Source: Escherichia coli
GTDB taxonomy: Bacteria; Pseudomonadota; Gammaproteobacteria; Enterobacterales; Enterobacteriaceae
Strand: one strand, 5' to 3'
Assembly: GCF_003991155.1 (NCBI RefSeq)
Contig: NZ_CP031293.1
Length of the DNA stretch: 64,000 nucleotides
The notes below the pieces were generated by a model. The model was not told the DNA's origin, searched no databases, and saw nothing but the letters and a program-made list of their open reading frames with translations. Below, one piece after another: positions 49,210 to 57,949 of this stretch. Positions within the stretch are counted from its first letter, which is position 1; each line of letters opens with the position of its first letter. Both the position numbers and the translations under genes were made by a program.

Positions 49210-49755
49210 TTACAGCTTGATAAAATGCTCGCGGTAGTAAGCCAGCTCCGCCACCGATTCACGGATATCATCCATCGCCTGATGCGTCCCCTGCTTGGTA
49301 AAGCCGTCAAGAATTTCCGGCTTCCAGCGGCGCGCCAGCTCTTTCAGGGTGCTAACATCGAGATAGCGGTAGTGGAAGTAGGCTTCCAGCTCCGGCATGT
49401 ATTTAAACAGGAAGCGACGGTCCTGACCGATGCTGTTACCACAAATCGGCGATTTTCCCGCAGGCACCCACTGTTTTAAGAATTCGAGCGTTGCCAGTTC
49501 AGCTTCACGATCGCCCATCGTGCTCGCTTTCACGCGCTCCACCAGCCCGCTGGCGGTATGGGTGCGCACGTTCCAGTCATCCATCAGCGCCAGCTGTTCA
49601 TCGGACTGATGTACTGCAATGGTCGGCCCTTCTGCCAGAATATTCAGGTTGGCATCGGTCACCAGCGTGGCAATCTCAATAATGCGATCGCGCTCGGGAT
49701 CCAGACCGGTCATCTCAAGATCGATCCAAATCAGGTTGTTTTCATTGGCACTCAT
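49210..49755 (-). CDS. orn: Oligoribonuclease
   Basis: ORF 229 aa; conserved start at [27 protein letters not shown] (181 aa), DEDDh exonuclease. Confidence 0.92.
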
Positions 49756-49849
49756 GCTATTTTCCACCCATTCACAGTGACTATATTGATCCACAATTGC
49801 GTGTATCATAGATGTTTTGCCCATCAGGGGCGACCAGGAGTCTGTACGA

Positions 49850-50902
49850 TTGAGTAAAAATAAACTCTCCAAAGGCCAGCAGCGCCGCGTGAACGCCAAT
49901 CACCAGCGTCGTCTTAAAACGTCTAAGGAGAAGCCCGACTACGACGACAATCTGTTTGGCGAGCCTGATGAAGGTATCGTCATCAGCCGCTTTGGTATGC
50001 ACGCTGATGTGGAATCCGCAGATGGCGACGTTCACCGCTGCAATATTCGCCGTACCATCCGTTCGCTGGTGACCGGCGACCGCGTAGTCTGGCGTCCGGG
50101 TAAACCGGCGGCGGAAGGAGTAAATGTCAAAGGGATCGTGGAAGCGGTGCATGAGCGCACCTCGGTGTTGACGCGTCCGGATTTCTACGACGGCGTGAAA
50201 CCTATTGCCGCCAACATCGACCAGATTGTCATTGTCTCCGCCATTTTGCCGGAGCTGTCGCTCAATATTATCGACCGTTACCTGGTGGCCTGCGAAACCT
50301 TGCAGATTGAGCCGATTATTGTGCTCAACAAGATAGACCTGCTGGACGACGAAGGCATGGAGTTCGTCAACGAGCAGATGGATATCTACCGCAATATCGG
50401 TTATCGCGTATTGATGGTTTCCAGTCATACTCAGGATGGGCTGAAACCGCTGGAAGAGGCGTTGACCGGGCGCATCAGCATTTTTGCCGGGCAGTCTGGC
50501 GTCGGTAAATCCAGCCTGCTGAACGCGCTGCTGGGGCTGCAAAAAGAGATCCTGACCAACGATGTCTCTGACAACTCGGGTCTCGGTCAGCACACCACGA
50601 CCGCCGCTCGGCTGTATCACTTCCCGCACGGCGGTGATGTGATTGACTCCCCAGGAGTGCGTGAGTTCGGCCTCTGGCACCTGGAGCCGGAACAAATCAC
50701 TCAGGGCTTTGTCGAATTCCATGACTACTTAGGTCTGTGTAAATATCGCGATTGCAAACACGATACCGATCCGGGCTGCGCTATCCGGGAAGCGGTTGAG
50801 GAAGGGAAAATCGCGGAAACCCGTTTCGAAAACTATCACCGTATTCTGGAAAGCATGGCGCAGGTAAAAACGCGTAAAAACTTTTCTGATACGGATGACT
50901 GA
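49850..50902 (+). CDS. rsgA: Small ribosomal subunit biogenesis GTPase RsgA (YjeQ)
   Basis: ORF track starts upstream; conserved N-terminus (M)[20 protein letters not shown] begins at a TTG codon (350 aa); circularly permuted GTPase motifs and C-terminal Zn-finger cysteines. Confidence 0.88.
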
Positions 50903-50997
50903 CAATTAAGCTAACCGTCGTTAGAATCGTCCCCTTTTTTCAGGATCCGGCATGTAGGCCGGATCAGGAACGACAAAACAATGGCCTGGAGGCTACC

Positions 50998-51966
50998 TTG
51001 TTAAATTCATTTAAACTTTCGCTACAGTACATTCTGCCGAAACTATGGCTTACTCGCCTGGCGGGTTGGGGCGCAAGCAAGCGGGCAGGATGGCTGACAA
51101 AACTGGTTATCGATCTGTTCGTTAAATACTACAAGGTCGACATGAAAGAGGCGCAAAAGCCGGATACCGCCAGCTACCGCACCTTTAACGAATTCTTTGT
51201 CCGTCCGCTGCGTGACGAAGTACGCCCAATCGATACCGATCCGAATGTACTGGTTATGCCTGCCGATGGCGTTATCAGCCAGTTGGGTAAAATCGAAGAA
51301 GATAAAATCCTGCAAGCCAAAGGCCACAACTACAGCCTCGAAGCCCTGCTGGCAGGCAACTATCTGATGGCGGACCTGTTCCGCAACGGTACGTTTGTGA
51401 CCACTTACCTCTCCCCGCGTGACTACCACCGCGTACACATGCCGTGCAACGGTATTCTGCGTGAGATGATCTACGTGCCGGGCGATCTCTTTTCCGTTAA
51501 CCATCTCACCGCTCAGAACGTGCCGAATCTGTTTGCCCGTAACGAACGCGTGATCTGCCTGTTCGATACCGAATTTGGCCCAATGGCGCAGATTCTGGTC
51601 GGGGCGACGATTGTAGGCAGCATTGAGACGGTCTGGGCGGGCACCATTACGCCGCCGCGCGAAGGTATCATCAAGCGCTGGACCTGGCCTGCCGGGGAAA
51701 ACGACGGTTCTGTGGCACTGCTGAAAGGCCAGGAAATGGGTCGCTTTAAACTCGGTTCCACCGTTATCAACCTGTTTGCACCGGGTAAAGTGAATCTGGT
51801 TGAGCAACTGGAAAGCCTGTCTGTCACGAAAATTGGCCAGCCGCTGGCAGTATCTACCGAAACCTTTGTTACGCCAGACGCTGAACCCGCCCCGCTTCCT
51901 GCTGAAGAGATCGAAGCAGAACACGACGCCAGCCCATTGGTTGACGACAAAAAAGACCAGGTCTAA
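50998..51966 (+). CDS. psd: Phosphatidylserine decarboxylase proenzyme
   Basis: 322-aa [39 protein letters not shown] with LGST self-cleavage motif near the C-terminus. Confidence 0.93.
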
Positions 51967-51987
51967 TCCATCAAAGGAAACGCTGAC

Positions 51988-54900
51988 GTGCGCCTGATTA
52001 TCACTTTTCTGATGGCCTGGTGCCTCAGTTGGGGGGCGTACGCCGCGACGGCCCCCGATAGCAAACAAATCTCACAAGAACTGGAGCAGGCAAAAGCGGC
52101 GAAACCCGCGCAACCGGAAGTCGTAGAGGCGCTCCAGTCTGCCTTAAATGCGCTTGAGGAACGAAAAGGTTCCCTTGAGCGCATCAAGCAATATCAAGAA
52201 GTCATTGATAATTATCCGAAACTCTCCGCTACTCTGCGCGCGCAATTAAACAACATGCGTGACGAGCCGCGCAGCGTGTCACCGGGAATGTCTACCGACG
52301 CGCTGAATCAGGAAATTCTCCAGGTCAGCAGCCAGTTGCTGGATAAAAGCCGTCAGGCCCAGCAAGAGCAGGAACGCGCCCGCGAGATTGCCGATTCGCT
52401 GAATCAACTGCCGCAACAGCAAACCGATGCCCGCCGTCAGTTAAATGAAATCGAGCGCCGCCTGGGGACGCTTACCGGCAATTCCCCGCTCAATCAGGCA
52501 CAAAATTTCGCGTTGCAGTCTGACTCCGCACGCCTGAAAGCGCTCGTCGATGAACTGGAACTGGCGCAGCTGTCCGCCAATAACCGCCAGGAATTAGCGC
52601 GTTTACGCTCAGAGCTGGCGGAAAAAGAGAGCCAGCAACTGGATGCATATTTGCAGGCCTTACGTAATCAGTTGAACAGCCAACGTCAGCTTGAGGCGGA
52701 GCGGGCGCTGGAAAGTACCGAATTACTGGCAGAAAACAGTGCCGATTTGCCGAAAGATATCGTCGCGCAATTCAAAATTAACCGCGAACTATCGGCAGCG
52801 CTGAATCAACAGGCGCAGCGGATGGATCTCGTTGCCTCGCAACAGCGTCAGGCTGCCAGCCAGACGTTACAGGTCCGGCAGGCGTTGAATACGCTGCGTG
52901 AACAGTCGCAATGGCTGGGCTCGTCCAACCTGCTCGGCGAAGCGTTGCGGGCGCAGGTGGCACGGCTGCCGGAAATGCCAAAACCACAACAACTTGATAC
53001 CGAAATGGCGCAGTTGCGTGTGCAACGGTTACGTTATGAGGATCTGCTTAATAAACAGCCGCAGCTAAGGCAAATTCATCAGGCCGACGGTCAGCCGCTG
53101 ACCGCCGAGCAAAACCGTATTCTGGAAGCACAGCTACGCACTCAGCGTGAGTTGCTGAACTCATTGTTGCAGGGTGGAGACACGCTACTGCTGGAACTGA
53201 CCAAGCTGAAAGTCTCCAACGGGCAACTGGAGGATGCGCTGAAAGAGGTGAATGAAGCGACGCACCGCTATCTGTTCTGGACCTCTGACGTGCGCCCAAT
53301 GACCATCGCCTGGCCGCTGGAAATCGCCCAGGATCTGCGTCGTCTCATTTCGCTGGACACCTTCAGTCAGTTGGGCAAAGCCAGTGTGATGATGCTGACC
53401 AGTAAAGAGACAATTTTACCGCTGTTTGGCGCGTTGATTCTGGTCGGTTGCAGTATTTACTCACGCCGCTATTTCACCCGTTTTCTTGAACGTTCGGCGG
53501 CGAAAGTCGGCAAAGTGACTCAGGATCACTTCTGGCTGACGTTACGCACTCTTTTCTGGTCGATTCTCGTCGCGTCACCGCTACCGGTGCTGTGGATGAC
53601 GCTGGGTTACGGCTTGCGCGAGGCGTGGCCTTATCCGCTGGCGGTAGCGATTGGTGATGGCGTAACAGCCACCGTACCGCTGCTATGGGTAGTGATGATT
53701 TGCGCTACCTTTGCCCGCCCGAACGGCTTATTTATCGCTCATTTTGGCTGGCCGCGCGAACGGGTTTCCCGTGGGATGCGCTACTACCTGATGAGCATTG
53801 GGCTTATCGTGCCGCTGATTATGGCGCTGATGATGTTCGATAATCTCGACGACCGCGAGTTTTCCGGTTCGCTGGGACGGCTTTGCTTTATCCTCATTTG
53901 CGGTGCGCTGGCGGTGGTCACTCTCAGTCTGAAAAAGGCCGGGATCCCGCTGTATCTCAACAAAGAAGGCAGCGGTGACAACATTACCAACCATATGCTG
54001 TGGAACATGATGATTGGCGCACCGCTGGTTGCCATTCTGGCGTCGGCGGTGGGTTATCTGGCAACGGCGCAGGCACTGTTAGCGAGGCTTGAAACCTCGG
54101 TTGCCATCTGGTTCCTGCTACTAGTGGTTTATCACGTTATCCGCCGCTGGATGCTGATCCAGCGCCGCAGGCTGGCGTTTGACCGGGCGAAGCATCGCCG
54201 GGCAGAGATGTTAGCGCAACGTGCGCGTGGCGAAGAGGAAGCGCATCATCACAGTAGCCCGGAAGGGGCAATTGAAGTAGATGAAAGCGAAGTCGATCTC
54301 GATGCCATCAGTGCGCAATCCTTGCGGCTGGTGCGCTCAATTTTGATGTTGATCGCCCTGCTTTCGGTCATTGTGCTGTGGTCAGAAATCCATTCCGCTT
54401 TCGGCTTCCTCGAAAATATTTCGCTGTGGGATGTCACCTCCACGGTACAGGGCGTAGAAAGTCTGGAGCCGATTACCCTCGGTGCGGTGCTGATTGCCAT
54501 TCTGGTGTTTATCATCACCACGCAGCTGGTGCGCAACCTGCCCGCGCTGCTGGAACTGGCGATTTTGCAGCACCTGGATTTAACGCCGGGTACGGGCTAC
54601 GCCATCACCACCATCACCAAATATCTGCTGATGCTGATTGGCGGGCTGGTCGGCTTCTCAATGATTGGTATTGAGTGGTCGAAATTGCAGTGGCTGGTCG
54701 CCGCGCTCGGTGTTGGTCTCGGTTTTGGTTTGCAGGAAATTTTCGCCAACTTTATCTCTGGCCTGATCATCCTGTTCGAAAAACCGATTCGCATTGGCGA
54801 TACGGTAACGATCCGCGATCTTACTGGTAGCGTGACGAAAATTAACACCCGCGCCACCACCATCAGCGACTGGGACCGTAAAGAGATAATCGTGCCGAAC

Positions 54901-55311
54901 AAGGCGTTTATTACCGAGCAGTTTATCAACTGGTCGCTCTCTGACTCGGTCACGCGCGTGGTGTTGACGATTCCGGCCCCTGCCGATGCCAACAGTGAAG
55001 AAGTGACGGAAATCCTGCTCACCGCAGCGCGTCGCTGCTCGCTGGTGATCGACAACCCGGCACCGGAAGTCTTCCTGGTGGATCTGCAACAGGGGATTCA
55101 GATTTTCGAGCTGCGTATTTACGCCGCTGAGATGGGTCACCGTATGCCGCTACGCCATGAGATCCACCAGCTAATTCTGGCAGGCTTCCATGCCCACGGT
55201 ATCGATATGCCATTCCCGCCCTTCCAGATGCGTCTGGAAAGCCTCAACGGTAAACAAACGGGGAGAACGCTGACGTCTGCGGGCAAAGGTCGTCAGGCGG
55301 GAAGTTTATAA
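51988..55311 (+). CDS. mscM: Miniconductance mechanosensitive channel MscM (YjeP; MscS family with large periplasmic coiled-coil domain)
   Basis: 1107-aa ORF; signal peptide, Gln-rich coiled-coil N-terminal domain, multiple TM segments and C-terminal MscS domain. Confidence 0.9.
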   Translation: MRLIITFLMAWCLSWGAYAATAPDSKQISQELEQAKAAKPAQPEVVEALQSALNALEERKGSLERIKQYQEVIDNYPKLSATLRAQLNNMRDEPRSVSPGMSTDALNQEILQVSSQLLDKSRQAQQEQERAREIADSLNQLPQQQTDARRQLNEIERRLGTLTGNSPLNQAQNFALQSDSARLKALVDELELAQLSANNRQELARLRSELAEKESQQLDAYLQALRNQLNSQRQLEAERALESTELLAENSADLPKDIVAQFKINRELSAALNQQAQRMDLVASQQRQAASQTLQVRQALNTLREQSQWLGSSNLLGEALRAQVARLPEMPKPQQLDTEMAQLRVQRLRYEDLLNKQPQLRQIHQADGQPLTAEQNRILEAQLRTQRELLNSLLQGGDTLLLELTKLKVSNGQLEDALKEVNEATHRYLFWTSDVRPMTIAWPLEIAQDLRRLISLDTFSQLGKASVMMLTSKETILPLFGALILVGCSIYSRRYFTRFLERSAAKVGKVTQDHFWLTLRTLFWSILVASPLPVLWMTLGYGLREAWPYPLAVAIGDGVTATVPLLWVVMICATFARPNGLFIAHFGWPRERVSRGMRYYLMSIGLIVPLIMALMMFDNLDDREFSGSLGRLCFILICGALAVVTLSLKKAGIPLYLNKEGSGDNITNHMLWNMMIGAPLVAILASAVGYLATAQALLARLETSVAIWFLLLVVYHVIRRWMLIQRRRLAFDRAKHRRAEMLAQRARGEEEAHHHSSPEGAIEVDESEVDLDAISAQSLRLVRSILMLIALLSVIVLWSEIHSAFGFLENISLWDVTSTVQGVESLEPITLGAVLIAILVFIITTQLVRNLPALLELAILQHLDLTPGTGYAITTITKYLLMLIGGLVGFSMIGIEWSKLQWLVAALGVGLGFGLQEIFANFISGLIILFEKPIRIGDTVTIRDLTGSVTKINTRATTISDWDRKEIIVPNKAFITEQFINWSLSDSVTRVVLTIPAPADANSEEVTEILLTAARRCSLVIDNPAPEVFLVDLQQGIQIFELRIYAAEMGHRMPLRHEIHQLILAGFHAHGIDMPFPPFQMRLESLNGKQTGRTLTSAGKGRQAGSL

Positions 55312-55660
55312 GGTTTTGTAGCCGGATAGTCTCATCCGGCTCACCAACAAAACAGATAGCGCAGGGAAAACTGCCACAGCCAATAGAAGAGCATTATTGA
55401 AATAACAAAATATTGCCAAAGAGAGTGCTGTTTCTTCCAAATAACAGCATAAATATATGGGATGAATAATGGTAAGGTCATTATAATACCAACTGGGCGA
55501 ATATCATCATTCTCAAGATATGTCATAACATCACAAACATTATTAATTCCTCTACCGTCGATAAACCACTCTTTGTCTTGAACAGATAAAAAATCTATCC
55601 AAAATATGCTTATAACAAACCAGATAAGGTTAAGGGAAAATGATTTCCAGTTCATCATAG
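55240..55660. repeat. Segmental duplication copy A (mscM 3' end + terminator hairpin + yjeO)
   Basis: DNA-level similarity to 57440..57852 read directly (e.g. acggtaaacaaacggggagaacgctgacgtctgcggg versus acggtaagcaaacggggtgaacgctgacctctgcggc; shared aaggttttgtagc.ggat.gtctcatccggc hairpin). Boundaries approximate. Confidence 0.6.
55341..55658 (-). CDS. yjeO: Small inner membrane protein, YjeN/YjeO paralog family (copy adjacent to mscM)
   Basis: 105-aa ORF with 2-3 TM segments; paralogous to the ORF at 57538..57852 (conserved DKEW, YLENDD, IMTLPLF, YWLWQF, LRY.FC blocks); start overlaps the upstream 237-aa gene (ATGA). yjeO versus yjeN assignment is from K-12 gene order (memory). Confidence 0.7.
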   Translation of the reverse strand: MMNWKSFSLNLIWFVISIFWIDFLSVQDKEWFIDGRGINNVCDVMTYLENDDIRPVGIIMTLPLFIPYIYAVIWKKQHSLWQYFVISIMLFYWLWQFSLRYLFCW

Positions 55661-56368
55661 ATTATTCATTATTTTCATTAAAGCAGTTTTCTTTTCAAGA
55701 ATACGTCGACCATATTCACTGTATTCTCTCTGATGGGATCCTTTCGGTGCTGCAATGGAGTCTATAATATCTTGTTTATTTCTTTCAATACCACGGTTGT
55801 ATCGGGAGCCGACTACAATTAACTGCTCATCCGTTAAATTAGTGGTGTCACCTATTTCCGGATAGTCATAATGTATAAGGTCTCGTAAATGAAATGCTAC
55901 CACTCTAATGTTGAAGCGGTCATTTAGTAAGCACTGGGAAAGTTGGAACTGCTCAAAGGATGACAAAAGATCTGGATGTATCCCTATAGTCCTGGCTGCA
56001 ACGCCTAACTGTATTGCGACAGAACCGACTGAAGTAGAGTTTGAGTAGGTATTGCCTCCTCTCTTTGAAACGGCCTCTAGGATTATTTTTAATTGCAGCA
56101 CCCCCACTGGTTTAAATCTTTCTGGCATTCCGCCAACCTCAGCAGCCGCAACGCCCGCAAGTAATAATAACGGGATTTGCGCCTCTTTGGCATATTGCCA
56201 CAACATATCACGGTGATAAATCAACCATGATGTTTTATATAACCATAAGTGTGCAGTCCCCGTGCTGAATGTCCAATTAGTCGGAAGAAAACGCCATCGA
56301 AAATAATCAATGCCATTCCATTTAGGAAAGCCTAATTCATCAACTTCGCAAAAAATAAGATTATTCAT
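55655..56368 (-). CDS. Hypothetical protein, 237 aa, tentative lysozyme-like (GH23/SLT-like) motifs; no signal peptide
   Basis: Intact ORF with AT-rich composition; ordered motifs AAAEVGG ... GSVAIQLG ... NIRVVAFHL ... VGSRYNRG resemble the E-S / G-L-M-Q / A-Y-N-x-G blocks of lytic transglycosylases (manual inspection only); translationally coupled to yjeO. Confidence 0.55.
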   Translation of the reverse strand: MNNLIFCEVDELGFPKWNGIDYFRWRFLPTNWTFSTGTAHLWLYKTSWLIYHRDMLWQYAKEAQIPLLLLAGVAAAEVGGMPERFKPVGVLQLKIILEAVSKRGGNTYSNSTSVGSVAIQLGVAARTIGIHPDLLSSFEQFQLSQCLLNDRFNIRVVAFHLRDLIHYDYPEIGDTTNLTDEQLIVVGSRYNRGIERNKQDIIDSIAAPKGSHQREYSEYGRRILEKKTALMKIMNNL

Positions 56369-56510
56369 TTAAAGTCCCTTATTAAAATCATTCCCAGAAT
56401 GAAGAATAGTACTATCATCAGAAAAACTGATTTGTGATGGGACAGACAAAAAATATAAAAAAGGGTTCGACTTAAGATAATCAAGATAAAACATATATAC
56501 CCAATAAACC

Positions 56511-56939
56511 TCAAGATGCGGGTGTGAGCACCTGAAAGTGATCGTTAATTCGGGATGTCAGAGAGTCCGCTATATCCGGCAGCGTCTGGTTAAAAAAGAC
56601 AGAAAAACGGGATACATTATATTCATGAATGGTTTTATATTCGCAGATTAGCGGTGACGTCAGTGCTTTCAGATTCAGCGCCCCCATGATATTCAGGCGT
56701 GTGCGGCAGCCTGTTGTTTTTACTGCTTTTTTCTGGCCTTTACGTATCCAGCCATAGCTGATTTTAGTGGCCTGAGTCGGATGGACTCCATCAATAAAAA
56801 GAACCGGTTCATCACCCACAGTTATTTTCAGTTCCTCATAATATTCAATGAATTGCCTTTGTTTCTCTTCACTGAATTTATGGGGGACGCCTGACGGTTT
56901 TTTGTAGGTGAAACCATTACGATGCAGCCACTTATTCAT
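56511..56939 (-). pseudogene. IS630-family transposase fragment (C-terminal part)
   Basis: 142-aa ORF MNKWLHRNGFTYKKPSGVPHKFSEEKQRQFIEYYEEL, separated by a frameshift or gap from the N-terminal fragment. Confidence 0.6.
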
Positions 56940-57031
56940 CCCCGGAATGCTGAAAATGATGTTCCATGTCCGGGTGATAAACGCAATAACATCGCGGGTA
57001 TGGTGAAATAAATTATCGGATAACTGGCTGA

Positions 57032-57328
57032 TTAAAAGGCCGTTTGTTCAGCACTGAGTTTGCTGTCTGAGCCGCCGTTTTCGGGCTTCAGTTTTCCTTT
57101 ATTCAGGAATTCGCTGATATGGTGATCAATCGTTGTCTGATGCAAGCGTAAAGCCTGAGCAATCATGGCAGAACTCCAGCCTTCGGAAACCAGAAGAATG
57201 GCTTTAATACGATCTCTGACTCGCCCGTCACGACTGGAATCATGAAGGCGTTCAAGTTCAGCTTTTTGTTGCTCAGTAATGAATATTTTCATGTTGGACA
57301 GCATGATCTTCTGTTGCTGAAAAATCAA
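57032..57328 (-). pseudogene. IS630-family transposase fragment (N-terminal HTH part)
   Basis: 98-aa ORF with HTH region; no contiguous reading frame with the downstream fragment. Confidence 0.6.
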
Positions 57329-57439
57329 GCATCTTCAATGATCACGGGTATATAAGGTGAATATTTATTGTTTTTAATATAAAAATCGCTTGCCCAACTT
57401 ACAGAGTGACTGCAAGCTGGATAATATACTCGTCATACT

Positions 57440-57852
57440 TCAGAACGGTAAGCAAACGGGGTGAACGCTGACCTCTGCGGCTAAAGCGCGCCAGGACGGC
57501 GGTATATAAGGTTTTGTAGCAGGATGGTCTCATCCGGCTACAAACAAAACTGATAGCGCAGAAAAAACTGCCACAGCCAGTAGCCGAAAATCACAAGCGC
57601 GGTGGCATACATAAACCAGCCGCGTTTTTTTCGCCACAAAGCGAACCAGAGAAAAGGGAAAAAGAGCGGTAACGTCATTATCACACCGACATCGCGGGTA
57701 TCATCATTTTCCAGATACTCCAGCACATGGCAGATATTTTTAACCCCACCTTCATCAATCATCCACTCTTTGTCCAGCGTGGAAGTGATGACTATCTAGG
57801 GGATCGCTACAACAAACCAGATGCAGCATAAGACAAACGTGCGCGCACTCAT
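57440..57852. repeat. Segmental duplication copy B (fossil of mscM 3' end + hairpin + yjeN)
   Basis: See copy A; copy B carries about 60 bp homologous to the last codons of mscM although no mscM gene is adjacent. Boundaries approximate. Confidence 0.6.
57538..57852 (-). pseudogene. yjeN: YjeN/YjeO-family small membrane protein with in-frame TAG at codon 19 (possible pseudogene or 74-aa N-truncated product)
   Basis: Reading from ATG at 57852 gives MSARTFVLCCIWFVVAIP-stop(TAG, 57796..57798)-IVITSTLDKEWMIDEGG...; the stop aligns with a Trp in the paralog at 55341..55658; ORF track reports only the 74-aa downstream frame 57538..57762. Confidence 0.5.
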
Positions 57853-57949
57853 AAGATAACCCGTAGTTTAATTTCGCTATAGCGCATACGAAATCCCACT
57901 AATTCCCTGTCATTGCGCCCTATCGTCAGGCAGACGATAGGGCATCGGG

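Larger units (their letters stand above)
56511..57328 (-). mobile_element. Degraded IS630-family insertion sequence (transposase split and truncated)
   Basis: Two adjacent minus-strand ORFs: 57032..57328 (98 aa, HTH N-terminus MKIFITEQQKAELERLHDSSRDGRVRDRIKAILL) and 56511..56939 (142 aa, central/C-terminal region) match the IS630-type transposase in two pieces; together shorter than an intact ~340-aa transposase. Element ends not identified. Confidence 0.65.

Noticed and set aside
55341-57852. Possibility that the yjeO-to-yjeN region is a prophage remnant or integrative island
   Set aside because: No integrase, phage structural genes or tRNA-derived att site is visible; the only mobile signature is the decayed IS630 transposase, so it is reported as an IS-associated insertion.
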